From the NCBI RefSeq assembly GCF_009914755.1, contig NC_060926.1: DNA of 64,000 nt. The stretch is one strand, 5' to 3'. The stretch is from the human T2T-CHM13v2.0 reference genome, Homo sapiens. A model generated the notes under the pieces. The model ran no database searches and had not been told where the DNA came from. It was given only the letters and a program-made list of their open reading frames with translations. The translations under genes and the position numbers were made by a program. Shown here piece after piece: positions 1 to 13,627 of the stretch (its first letter is position 1; each line of letters opens with the position of its first letter).

Positions 1-2675
1 AACTGTATTTCTGGGTGTGTTACTCTGGTTCAATGGAGTCACCTAAGCTACTACTTTTGAGTGGAGCCCAGAACTAGAGAAGGCTCTGCAACAGGTTTAG
101 GCTTCTCTGCAACAGGTTTAGGCTGCTAATTATTAGGCCATATGCTTTAGCAGATCTATGGTGCTTGAAGTGTCAGTGGCAGATAGGGATGTTGTTTGGG
201 CCTGTGGAAGGTCCCTTCAGGTAAAATGCAATGTAGGCTTTTAGGATTTTGGAGAAAGGCCCTGCCATTATCCACAGATATCTACTGTCCTTTTAAAAGA
301 TAGTATTGGCCTGTTACTAGGCCTAAGTAGAAACTGAATGCTTGACCTTAGGCCGCCAAATTACCATGAGACCTGAGCTTCCCATCATTAATTTGTTGGG
401 CATCCACAGCAACATTCCACCATCAAATGGAAGTTGTGCATGGGTGACTGGGCCTAAGCCCGTTGGTCTTTTATATAACTTGTCTTGAAGACACAAGTAA
501 GTTATATAAAAGAGTGGCCTAAATGTCAGTGGAACCCACTTCTGCTACACTGCATTCTGTCTCCCAGCCTACATCTAAGGTCCTATGGGAAGTTACCTAT
601 AATCAATTGACAGAGAAAGAGAAGAATTGGGCCTATTTTACAGATGGTTTTATACTATATGCAGGCAGAACTCAAAAGTGGACAGCTCTCTCTGGGATAC
701 TTCTAAAGGACAGTAGTGAAAGGTAATTTTTGGTGGGAAAAACTTTAGGTAGTGCACATGATTGTAAACTTTGCTTGGAAAGAGAAATGACCAGATATGT
801 GACTATATACTGATGCATGGTCTATAGCAAATAATTTGGCTAAATTGTCAGAAACTTCAAAGAAACCTGATTAAAAAATTAATGACAGAAACATCGGTGA
901 AAAGATATGTGGATAGACCTGTATAAACGGGCAAAGAATGTGAAAACATTTGTGTCCCATGTGAATGCTCACCAAGAGGTGACCTGAGCAGAAAAGGATT
1001 TTAATTATCAAGTGGATAGAACAACCCGTTTTATGGATATTAATCAGCCTATTTTCCCAACCACTCCATCATTGCCCGTGGGGTCATAAATAAAGTGGCC
1101 ATAGTGGCAACCATGGAGGTTATTCGTAGGTTCAGCAATGTGAAATTTCACTCACTATGGTCAACCTATTGAACTTCAACTCACCACTGCTTAGTGTCCA
1201 AAATGCCAGGACCAGAGACCAACATTGATACCTAACACAGCATGACTCCTAGGGGTCATTAGTGAGCTGCCTGGTGTCAGTTTGGTTACACTGGATCTCT
1301 ACCATCATGGAACAGACCAGTTGTTGTCCTTATAGGAATAGATACTAACCCTGGATACGGATTTTCCTGTTGTACATGCAATACTGCTGCGAAAACTACT
1401 ATCCATGGGTTTACAGCATGTCTTCTCCAATGTCATGATATTCCACACTGCATTGCTTCTGATCAAGGAACTCACTTCACAGGAAAGGAATTTCAACAAC
1501 AAGCCCATGTTTATGAAATTAATTGGCCATGCCATGCCCTCCATTATCTTGTAGCAGCTGGCTTAATAGAATGGTGGAATTGCCTTTTGAAAATTCAGTT
1601 ACAGTGCCAGGTAGATGGAAAACCTTGGGCTGTGGTAAGATTCTGTAGAAGGCTGTATATGCTCTGAATCAGTGTACAATATATGGTGATTTTTCTCCCA
1701 TAGCCAGGATTCAGAGGTTCAGTGATTAAGGGATGGAAATGGGAGTGCACCACTCACTATTATTCCTAGTGACCCACAAGCAGAAATTTTGCTTCCTGTT
1801 TCAGCAACTTTATGCTCTGCTTGCCTAGAGGTCTCTGACCTAGAGGACAGAGGAAGAAGTGTTTCCAGCAGGAGATGCAATGATTATTCCATTGAACTGG
1901 AAGTTAAGACCGCCACCAGACCACTTTGGGCTCCTCGTGCCTCTTAATCAACAGGCTAAGAAAGGAGTTAATGTTTTCGCTGGGGCAACTGATCTGGAAG
2001 ACCAAATGGAAATTGAACTACCACTTCACAATGAAGGCAAGAAAGAATGTGTTTCAACTAGAGATATTTATTGGAGCACCTCTTAGTATTACCATGCTCT
2101 GTGATTAAGGTCAATGGAAAACAGAAAGAACACCATCCAGGCAGGACTACTAATGGCCAGACTTTCAGGAATGAAGGTTTGACCAGGTAAAGAATCACAA
2201 CCAGCTTTGGTTTATGCTGAAGGCAAAAAGAATACAGAATAGAATACAGAATAGGTGACAGAAGAAGGCAGTTACAAATACCAACCACAGAAACAAAGAC
2301 GTTGTCACAAATATTTATTCCTTATATTTTATGAATACATTTGTGTGTATATATACATATATTAAGCAAATATCCTTGTTTTATCTACTGTCTTATTCCC
2401 ATATTATAAAATATAAACTGTATTGACTTTATATCAGTACTATTTAAGTATTGTTAATTTTACATCATCATATTTAGGTAATATGATATTAAGAGAAGAG
2501 TAAGCAGCACTGAAGAAATTTACTTCCTGTGATGGGAAAGAAAATAGTGTGCTTTTGGTTGTATATAATATAGTCATATCATGATATGTGGAATTATGAT
2601 TTTGTTATTGTCTTTTAGAGATTAAGTATGGTTTAAGGAGATCCATATGGGTGCCCAGTTGACAAAGGGTGGACT
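1..2675 (+). mobile_element. ERV-L internal region, degenerate pol (RNase H, integrase), dUTPase and 3' end
   Basis: ORF 523-726 YNQLTEKEKNWAYFTDG resembles ERV-L RNase H; ORF 1859-2086 IPLNWKLRPPPDHFGLLVPLNQQAKKGV resembles ERV-L dUTPase; ends in purine-rich gacaaagggtggact immediately before the LTR; many stops and frameshifts. Confidence 0.88.
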
Positions 2676-3121
2676 TGTGATGATTAATTTTGATGTGTCA
2701 ACTTGACCGGGCTAAGGAATGCACAAATAGCTAGTAAAACATTATTTCTGTGTATGTCTATGGGGGCATTTCTGGAAGAAATTATTGTTTGAATCTGTAG
2801 ACCGAGTAAAGAAGATTGCCCTCACCAGTATGGGTAACCATCATCCAATCTGTTGAGGGCACAATCAAACAAAAAGGTTAAGGAAGAGCAAATTTGCTTT
2901 ATTTCAGCTGGAACAATCATCTTCTCATGCTCTCAGACATGGATGATCCTGGCTCTCAGGCCTTCAGACACAGACTGAATTATATCACTGCTTTTCCTGG
3001 TTTTCCAGCTTGCAGATAGCAGATTATAGGGTGTTGCAGCCCCGATAATTCCATGAGCCAAATCCCATAATAAATCTCCTCATAACCATACATACACATA
3101 AATATATAAAATATGTATGTA

Positions 3122-3159
<38 letters not shown>

Positions 3160-3267
3160 CACATATATATATTTGTGTTTGTACATTTGAGGTAGGTGTG
3201 TGTGTGTGTGTGTCTGTATACATGTATATAATTGGTTCTGTTTCTCTGGAAAACCCTGACAAATATA
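2676..3267 (+). mobile_element. MLT2-family 3' LTR of the ERV-L provirus, with internal (TA)n/(TG)n microsatellite (~3090-3230)
   Basis: Starts TGTGATGATTAATTTT..GTGTCAACTTGAC, ends ggttctgtttctctggaaaaccctgacaaatata; contiguous with the ERV-L internal sequence. Confidence 0.85.
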
Positions 3268-3974
3268 GAGAGTATCACCTTCTTTAGTAAATGGTAGACT
3301 TGTTTCCTCACCAGTATACTGAAGAGAACATCTTTCTCCCAGGTAAAGTTAAGTAGGTTTGCTTGCAAGCCCTTATAGTAAATTTGGGTTTCCTAAGTTC
3401 AAGATTACTCAGTTGTAATGAAAACCTGCTGTGTACTCAGCATCTGCTTGTGTCCTCTTCTGCTTCATTTGGGGGATTGGGGGCCTGGGTAAACCAATAC
3501 AAGCATAAAACTCACTGTCTTCTCTGCTGTGGTAATAAATCCTTTGTTACTGTAGAGACTTAAGCCATGTTTTAGCATCCATAAAGCTAAATTGTTAAGT
3601 TGCAAGTAGGGTAAACATTGCTATAGATTTAACAGATGCTCATGAAGAAATAATGCTTCCGTATCTATCCTTCTCACCTCTAGTATAGGATCTAGTTCAT
3701 TTTTAAGTATAACCTGCATTGACAATCTCACAGAAGTACCTTGTATCTAATAATATCCAATCTAATATCAAATGATGCAACTCTCTGCATCAATATGGCT
3801 TTACCCTATTGGAAAGGTACATTCATGTGCTACGTTACAAAAATTAAAAAAAAACTCTGATGTTTATGTTTTGCAAAACAGAGTATTATATTTTTACAAT
3901 TATTTAATTGTATTTATTTCAATCTGCACTATGAATTTTACCAGTTTAATTAAATATTTTAGAAATAAGGTAGA

Positions 3975-4433
3975 TGAAAGTTGATCATATTAATTAGGGC
4001 ATTCTTGTCATACCCAACTAAAACAGAGTTGAGAGGCCAGTGGGGAAAAAAAACTCAGGATATATAACAGTACTCCAAGAATGTAATTCTCTGCCACCTT
4101 GCTGTTGAAACTGCCTGTTGTAACCTGAAACCAGTTTCATCTAATAGCCGCTGAAACAACTGACTGCCACTCAAAGACTGGTTCTACCCACTGCCATCGC
4201 TTATCATTCAGAGCCTGCCAGCCCCCCAAAACTTTAATAGTGCCAACGGACTTTCTTTTAAAACAGTATATGTAACTTTTCCCCTTTCTATAAATCCTCG
4301 AATCTTCTCTTTGTTTTATGGACATATCAAAGGCTACCTGGTTTGTATGTGTGCCACAAATTGCAATTCTTGCTTCCCAAATAAAATGTTTTAAATTTAA
4401 AGATTAGTCTTTATATTTTATTTGTCGTCAACA
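3975..4433 (+). mobile_element. ERV1-class solo LTR (subfamily uncertain)
   Basis: ~460 bp with TATA-like tataaa, gcaattcttgcttcccaAATAAA motif and terminal CA; recognised by eye. Confidence 0.6.
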
Positions 4434-5088
4434 GATACAAAAGCTACTGCAGGGATCTTGTAAGAACAGTAGAAAAAATACAACTTGGACTCAACGTTAC
4501 AAAGTTTTATATTCTATATCAATTTATAGAATTGCTAAATATCCAACACACTCAGAATTATTACAAATATTACATTTTTTAGTCAATAAACAGTGATATC
4601 TGAGACAGAAGAGTGTTTTTTTCTGTGCTCATTTGCATATATTTTCTCGATTAATATTAAATTAACACAATATAGCTAATTTAGAGCTGTGCAAATGAAC
4701 GGTATGTTTAAAGAATGATGATAGCCCACTTTTTAAAAAATCTTGTTATTTCTTACGTTCTTCTTTATGTCATTTTAGAAATTATTTAAAATTATGTTGA
4801 ATAAGATGGCTGTCACACCACTTTGCTTGGTTGATATCTTGATAGATTGAACAGATTGAAACTAGTTGTCTTAAATACAGACAATGTTTTAGTTTTGAAT
4901 TACAAATCATTCTATAAATATAGTCACATCATTCATTAGAGATGTCAGCACCCACACTTCAGAATACACAGTTGGAGTAACTTTGACCTTTCTCAAAGTG
5001 TAGTGATAGAAAGAAAACCAGTATTACCTTTTCTTATTACTCCAAGTTGATTATTAGCAAGCAATTATGTCTAAGCATAAAAACACTA

Positions 5089-5284
<196 letters not shown>

Positions 5285-7613
5285 TCATATTTATTTCTCA
5301 ATTCAATTTTATTTTGTTAGACAAAGCTTAGATCAACCAAAACACAGGAAAAAAGTCTTATATACTATAAATGTGGAAAATGATTTAAGGCCAGTGATCT
5401 CTTTCTATCTGCCAATGAATGCAATAATTATTGCTCTCCTGTAAGGCAATGCCTGATGAACTTCTGGGCTAATTAGATCAATTAAAACATGTTTGAGATA
5501 CACAGTCATGTTTACTAGATTTCATTAATTAGCAAATAGTAAACAGCTATTTTAAGCTTTTTAAGACAAAAACGATTTAATGGAGAAAAAATGAAAGATT
5601 AGCTCTGAAAGACAGTACAGCACATATATCTGTATTACTTTAGACTCTCTTCCATATCAAATAAATTATATAGAGCATGACAGTTTTTATATTTTCAATT
5701 TAGAATCTCTCTATATAGCTTCTGCTACTATGAGAAATGACTGTAAACAATGTAATAATCTTGAACTTAGAGGTTTAAAATGATTCATTATAAACATAAT
5801 ATGGCGTGCGAAAAATCAGAAAATTGTCTGTGATTTATTTTGCTCAGCTGTGTTCATACCACGTTTTAAAAAGATGGAAAATAGGAATAAAAATATAGTT
5901 TAAAATGATCTCACTCTAAATTTTAGGAAGAGTTATTCATTGTGAATTAAGAGAAAGACAACTGAGTCTCATAAACATCAAATTGTTTTAAGAAGGATGG
6001 ATGGTTACAAACTTATCTATATTTCTAGTGTATTAAAAAAAGTGAAAGCAATGATAAAGGAAGTTTCCTGAATCTAATAATGCCTGCACTGGTAACTATG
6101 GGTTCCATCATAATTTTCTTTTTTTTTTCTGTTTGTGCTTGTGTAGAAACTGATGATAATCTTGTAAGAAACAATTTCAAACGTTGAATAGGACTATGAA
6201 TTAATAGAAGTGTCACATTTAGATATGTATGACATCTTTTCAATTCTGTACAATATTTGTAAGGCCTATAGTAAACACATAACCTTAATTATCATTACAA
6301 CTTCATCAATACCACTTTATTGATAGTGCTACAGGAACACAGCAAACCAGAGAGCCATTCAAAGGGACATCTACCCTTTAAATCCTATCCCTTAATAAAA
6401 AGATGAAGCTAACAAGGCAAAATATTATTTGTTAATTCTGGGTGGCAGATATTTGATGTTTTAATGCTTAAATATGTTAATAACTAAATTTTTTTTGTAA
6501 AATATTTAACACAGTATTTTATTTTAAAAATCAAACAATATACCAATAAATACAACCTTTGCTTTCATGGAGAAAGCATTGTTTGAGAGTTCTATTTATA
6601 CATGTAAACATGTATGAAAATTGATAGTAGATGACAGATGAAAAGATAGAATAAAACATTAATGTCAAGTCATATTGTGGGTGGCATTATATTAAATGCA
6701 TTATATTGAACTTATTAGAATTTAAGAGAATAAAAACTGAAAAGAAAACAAGCTAATGAATTTTAAGTAATTATTTCTTTACAGAAGATATTTATTAAAT
6801 AGTACTTCAGTGTTACTTTTATGTTTGAAGAATAATTAAGTTTGTAGAGTTTAAGCTTCCTTTTAATTACAGTTTTTATTTCAGAAAGTAAAGCAGATTT
6901 CTTCCTTTTTATAAGAAGTAACTATCTCATCTAGATACCTCTTACCTCACACTATATATTTTCTTTGTTGCAATAGTATATTTACTTTTTAAAGTTTTCT
7001 TAACAAAGTAACAACCATAATTACTAAATATATTTAGTTAAAATCCACTAGTTAATTGTATTTACATTTCACTAATGTTACCTTTATCAGTTATTTCAAT
7101 TCCTTAGTTTTATGCTGAAACTTTTCTAACTTGGATAAATTTTTTGAACAAGTTTTTTTTGTCTTCAAGAAGGAATCATAACACTTCCCTGAGTTCCTGT
7201 ATATTTAAGAATGTCTGCCTTTTGCCATTATCAGAAACGATATTATGACTAGATATAATTATCTTGGTTCACATTTATTTTGCCCCATTCCTTTGTAGAC
7301 ACTGCCTCACTATCTTCTGGTAATTATGGAAATATAGATAATTATTTCTCCCCCAAGTTATGTATCGGCTATAGTTGCTCTACACCAATTTTTCTTGGAA
7401 TGTGTTCTCCTTTGTTGTACAGCATAATTTATACCCTAATTTCATGGGAATTCTGTTACATCTTGATATATTCTTCTCCTGTTCAATTTTATTTTTTTGT
7501 CAATTTATTTGCTTATCTCTGTAGTATCACTTGGCCTTTGAGTTCTTAATTTATATTCAATTCAAAATCCACAGCAAAGTAATACAGCAAGTCAAGGAAA
7601 ATATTAATCTATT

Positions 7614-10600
7614 CTTTTTTTCTCCAAAGTTTATTTTAGATAGTAGGATACATGTGCAGATTTGTTACATGGGTATATTGCACCCAGGTAATGAGCAGAG
7701 TCTCCAATAGGTAGTTTTTCATTGAGACTTCCTTCCTTTCCTCTCCACTCCAGTATGCCACAGTGTCTATTGTTCCCATGTTTATATCCATTTGTACTCA
7801 ATGTTTAGCTTCCACTTATAAGTGAAAATATGTGCTATTTGGCATTGTGTTCCTGCATTAATCTGGTTAAAATAATGGCCTCTAGCTCCATCCATGTTGC
7901 TGTGAAAGGCATGATTTCATTCTTTTTATGGCTGCGTAGTATTCCAAGGAATGTATGTAGCAAATATTTTTTATTCAATTCGCCACTGATGGTCACCTAG
8001 GTTGAATACATGTCTTTGCTATTGTGAATACCATGGTGATGAGTACGTGTCTTTTTAATATAATGACCTGTTTTCCTATATAGACAGTATATAGACAGTA
8101 GTGAGATTGCTGGTCGAATGGTGGTTGTTTTAGTTCTTTGAGAAATCTCCAAACTTCTTTCCACGGTGGTTGAATGAATTTACATTAGTGCTCCCTTTTT
8201 GTCTGCAGTCTCACTAGCATCTGTTCTTTATTGACTTTCTAATAATTACCATTCTGACTGGTGTGAGACAGTATCCCATTGCAGGTTTTATTTGTATTTC
8301 TCTGATGATTAGTGATGATGACCATTTTTCATATGCTCGTTAGTTGCTTGTATATCTGCTTTTGACAAGTGTCTATTCATGTCCTTTGCCCATTTTATAA
8401 TGGGGTTATTTGGTTTTTGCTTGTTGATCTGGATATTAGACCATTTTCAGATGCATAGTTTGTGAATATTTTCTTTCATTCTGTAAAATGTCTCTTTACT
8501 CTGTTGATACTTTCTTTTGCTGTGCACAAGGTTTTTAGTTTAATTAGGTTCCACTTATCCATTTTTTGGTTTTGTTGCAATTACTTTTGGGAACTTGGCC
8601 AGAAATTCTTTGCAATGGTCATTGCCAAGAAGGGTATTTCCTAGGGTTTCTTCTAGAGTTTTTATAGTTTTAGGTGTTACATTTAAGTCTTGAATCCACC
8701 TTGAGTTAATTTTTGTATATGGTTAACCAGTTATTGCAGCACCATTTATTGAATAGGAATTCTTTTCCCCATTGCTTGTTTTTGTTGGCCTTGTCAAAAA
8801 TCAGATTGAAGGTGTGTGACTTTATTTCTTGGCTCTCTATTAAGTTCCATTGGTCTATATGTCTGTTTCTGAACCAACACTATGCTGTTTTGGTTACTGT
8901 AGCCTTTTAGTGTACTTTAAAGTTGGATAGTGTGATGCCTATGGTTTTGTTCTTTTTGCTTAAGATTGCCTTGGCTACTTGGGCTCCTTCTTCTTTCCAT
9001 ATGAATTTTTGCATAGTTTTTTTTTCCAGTTCTGTGAACATTATCACTGGTAATTTGACAGAAATAGCATTGTCTCTGTAAATTGCTTTAGGCAGTATGA
9101 CCATTTTATTGATATTGACTTTTCCAATCTGTGAGCATGGAGTATTTTTCTATATATTTGTGTCATCTCTGATTTCTTTCAGCAGTGTTTTGTAGTTTTC
9201 CTTGAAGAGATATTTCACCTCCTTGGTTAGCTGTATTCCTAAGTATTTCATTTTATTTGTGGCTATTGTAAATGAGATTGTGTTCTTGATTTGACTCTCA
9301 GCCTAAGTGCAATTGATGTATGGTAATGCTACTGGTTTTTATACATTGATTTTGTATCCTAAAACCTTGCTAAAATCATTTATCAGCTCTAGTAGCCTTT
9401 TAGCAAAGTCCCTAGGGTTTTCTAAGTCCAGAATCTTAGTACCAGGGATGAGAGATATTTTGACTTCTTCTTTTTCTATTTGGATGCCTTTTATAGCAAC
9501 AAAAATTAAAATGGACAATGAAGGGCATTGCATAATGACAAAAATTCCCAACAAACAAGAAGACTTAAGTATCCAAAATATATATGCACCTAGCATTGGA
9601 GCATCCAGATCCATAAAACCACTTCCTCTTGACCTACAAAAAGACTTACACAACTAGACAATAATTGTGGGAGTCTTCAACACCTCACCAACAGCATTAA
9701 AGAGATCATCAAGTCAGAAAACTACAAAGAACTCGGGACTTAAACGTAACACTTGACCAGTAAGATCTAATAGACATCTACAAAACACCCCACCCAAAAC
9801 GCACAACAATATACATTATTCTCATCTGCACATAAAACATGTGCTAAGATTGACCACTTGCTTGGTATAAAGCAAGTCTCAATTAATTAATAAATATTGA
9901 AATTATATCAAGTCCACTCGGACCACAGTGTAATAAAAATAGAAACCAACATCAAAAAAATCTCTCAAAACTACACAAATCCATGAATATTAAACAACTT
10001 AGTGCTGAATAACTTCTCGAAGAATATCAAAACTAAGGCAGAAATAAAAAAATTCTCTGAAATTAATGAAACTAGGGATACCACTGACCAAAATGTTTAG
10101 AATGCAGTTAAAGCAGTGTTAAAAGGAGAGTTTATATCCCTTAATGCCTTCTGCAAAAAGTTAGAAATATCTCAAATTAATAATCTAACTTTGCATCTAA
10201 AGGAAATAGAAAAAAATTAACAAACCACACCAAAGCTATCAGAATTAAAGAAATAAATTAGAGTGGAACTTGATGAAATTAAGATGCAAAAATTCATACA
10301 AAAGATCAATGAAACCAAGAGCTCGTTCTTCAAAAAATAAAAGCAAGATTGGTAGACCACTAGCTAAATCAGCACAGACAAAAGATCCAAGTAAATACAA
10401 TCAGAAATGACAAAGATGACATTACAACTGATCCATCAGAAATACAAAACATCCTCAGAGAATACTGTGAAAAACTGTATGCTCACCAATTAGAAAATCT
10501 AGCGGAAATGGGTGAATTCCTGGAAACGCACAATCTCCCAAGATTGAATAAGAAAGAGGATGAAACACTGAACAGATCAATATTCACCGCTGAAATTGAA

Positions 10601-11280
10601 ACAGTAATAAAAACCCTGCCAACCAACAAAACCCCTGGACCAGAAGGATTCACAGCTAAATTCTATCAGATGTATAAAAAGAACTGATACCAATCCTACT
10701 GAAATATTTCACAAAAAATCGAGGAGTTGGGGCCCCTCCCTAATTCATTCTATGAAGCCAGCGTCAGCCTAATACCAAAAATGTGGCAGAGACCTGGTGA
10801 AAAAATAAAACTTCAGATCATTATCCTTCGTGAACATAGATGCAAAAATCCTCAACAAAATACTAGCAAACAGAGTCCAGAAGCACATCAAATTAATTCA
10901 CATGATCAAGTAGGCATTATTCCTGGGATGCAAGATTGGTTCAACATATGCAAATCATAAATGTAATTCACTATATAAACAGAATTAAAAACAAAAGGCA
11001 TATGATCATCTCAATAGACACAGAGAAAGCTTTTGATAAACTCCATTATCCCTTCATGATAAAACCCCTCAACAAACTAGGCATCAAGGAACATACCTCA
11101 AAATGAAAAGAGCTGTCTATAACAAACTGCAGCCAGTATTATGCTGAATGGGCAAGAGTTGTCAAAATTTTCCGTGAAAACTGAAATAAGACAAGGATGC
11201 CCACTCTCATCACTCATTCAACCTAGTACTGGAAGTCCTAGCTGAAGCAATCAGGCAAGAGAAAGAAATAACAGGCATCT
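7614..11280 (-). mobile_element. Older primate L1 (L1PA/L1PB) with 5' inversion: 7614-9494 antisense (3'UTR and ORF2 C-terminal half), 9495-11280 sense (ORF2 endonuclease to mid-RT)
   Basis: ORF2-like peptides on - ([15 protein letters not shown]; [21 protein letters not shown]) and on + (LPNSFYEASVSLIPK; [19 protein letters not shown]). Confidence 0.92.
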
Positions 11281-11764
11281 ATTTTCTCAGGATAACTTTT
11301 CTTCCACATAGAAGAAAAATGGAGTGAGGTTTTTATCTTTGTGAATAAGTGATTCTGGGGGAATAGAAAAGATCTTTAGAGAGATATTGTTGATTCATTC
11401 TGATGAGCTAATAGCTGCAGGCATCAAGATGCAATCCACCAGATGAAAGATCCATCTGAGTCTAAGATATTAACAACTAACAATATTCCCAGCTGATTTT
11501 TAGGCACACTAAAGTAGCACTGACTTGAGGATATGATCCAATAAAAACAAAAAAATTCTACCTCAGGTAGGTTATCTTAAACTGACTTCAGGAAGAGAGT
11601 GATTATTACACTTGATTCACAATCAGCTCTTAATTATTTCATCTTTAATCCTGAAATAAGAATACATTGAGTATCCTCACTTGTAAAAAGGCAAAAACAT
11701 ATTTTCTTCCACATAAATATTTAATAGAGAAATTGTTTCATAAACTTATTTTATTTCAAAAGTG

Positions 11765-12080
11765 TTTTTTATTTTACTTTATTTTATTATTTTATTTTGA
11801 GAGGGAGTCTCACTCTGTCGCCCAGGCTGGAGTGCAAGTGGTGCGATCTCGGCTCACAGCAAGCTCCACCTCCCCGGTTCACGTGATTCTTCTGCCTCAG
11901 CCTCCTGAGTAGCTGGGACTACAGGCGCCCGCCACCACGCCCGGCTAATTTTTTGTATTTTTAGTAGAGACGGGGTTTCACCGTGTTAGCCAGGATGGTC
12001 TCGATCTCCTGACCTCTTGATCTGCCAGCCTCGGCCTCCCAAAGTGCTGGGATTACAGGCGTGAGCCACTGCGCTGGGAC
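11765..12080 (-). mobile_element. Full-length Alu, AluY-like
   Basis: Dimeric Alu with CpGs retained and Y-type motifs (gcaagctcc, caccgtgttagccaggatggtctcgatc). Confidence 0.93.
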
Positions 12081-13560
12081 ATTTTATTTTTTAAATAACA
12101 CAAGTAAGTTGGTTTCATATTTTAAAACATGGTAGTTTCTAAAAATTTAGTATTGAAATAAAATATACTTCATAATCAAATGCAGATATTTTATATCTGT
12201 AGACGATGGAAACATTGGTTTTAATGTACTTGCAGATACATTCTTTTCTCCTAGGAACTCTTTAATGGGCCTAAAAATATTGTTGTCCATGAAAGAGGTT
12301 TGATTATCAATTGCTTAAATAAGTCAACTTAAGTGATTAGTTACATTCTGAATCTAAGAGATTTTGATAGTTAAATAATTTGTAATAAATACTTATTAAT
12401 TGCCTTCTACACATAAGTTACTGAATAACACAGACACTCTCTGTGGCTCATTAAATTTATCAGCCAACATGGGATTCTTGGACTTGGTTAAAATGAGGGG
12501 TTGGGGAACGAAAATTCACTCTTGTATTCTTTAGTATTAAGGTAGAAAATTATTATTGAAAATTGAATTATTTTGGAGTACATGAACCTATTTATCTTCT
12601 GAAGACACTTTGAATTTTGGTCATAGATGCTTAGAGCACATCTGGCATAAAAGATAAGTGAAATGATAAATCATTAGACAAACTGCAAAGGGTCACAATG
12701 GAGCATGTGCCCATGGATGAATTTGAGGACTGTACCCTGGGGAGTGTGGAGACATGTTTGGCCTGCTGCTTTAATTTGTCTGTACATGATTTGATAAGAA
12801 AACAAAAGGATATGGGAAGCTTGCTTGTCTAAGTGTGCCAAGGCTGCAATCAAGCCCTTCACCCATTCTTTCAAGCTGCCACCTTTGTGACAGCTGCAGA
12901 TGCAGAAGAGCTGGCTGCTGTGCCAAGGTAAAAAGGGCACAGCAGCCAGAAAAAAAATATGAACTACAAGAATGTAAACCACAGATGCTGGGTTGGAAGA
13001 ATACACAGAGATGCAAAAAAGAGAAACAAAAAACAAACAAAAGCACAAAATATTCCTAGAAAGCAAAAATTAAAACTCACCCTCTTACATATCTAGATAA
13101 GCAATGCTTATGACTTAAAATATACTACTGGTGGTTAATACAAATATTACTGTGAATTGTATGCTAATGATATAGAAACCCAAATATGATGGAAATTGAA
13201 TTTAGAGGAGAAAAGTCTGTCACTTGTGAGGCAAAATAGTTTCCCAAGGCACATAATAAATTTGAAGCAGGGCTGAAATTATAACCTGCATTTTGTAATT
13301 CTTAGTTAATTATATTTTCACTGAAACATGCTGCCTTTCTCCCATCATCATAACATTTGTCTATATCAACAATATGACTCATATTAGTATCATTAAGAAA
13401 ATGCTGCTGTTAGGTGTGTTGTTTAATAAATTTAAATTTTTACTTGATATTTCTTTTTTTTTAACATCAAAGCATACAAATTTTAATATAAAGAAGATAA
13501 GTAACCAATTAGGACATCTGAATTATTCATGAATCACCCCCCAACTCAGCTATAAAGTTT

Positions 13561-13627
13561 TCTTTTTTTTTTAAATTATACTTTAAGTTCTAGGGTACAT
13601 GTGCACAACGTGCAGGTTTGTTACATA
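13561..13627 (-). mobile_element. Extreme 3' end of a young L1PA (~65 bp)
   Basis: Poly-T followed by attatactttaagttctagggtacatgtgcacaacgtgcaggtttgttacata. Confidence 0.85.

Noticed and set aside
2980-3368. Tyr/Ile/His/Thr-rich ORFs
   Set aside because: Translations of (TA)n/(TG)n microsatellites within the MLT2 LTR
9307-9657. Overlapping opposite-strand ORFs of 116 and 104 aa
   Set aside because: Chimeric readings across the L1 inversion junction, not genes
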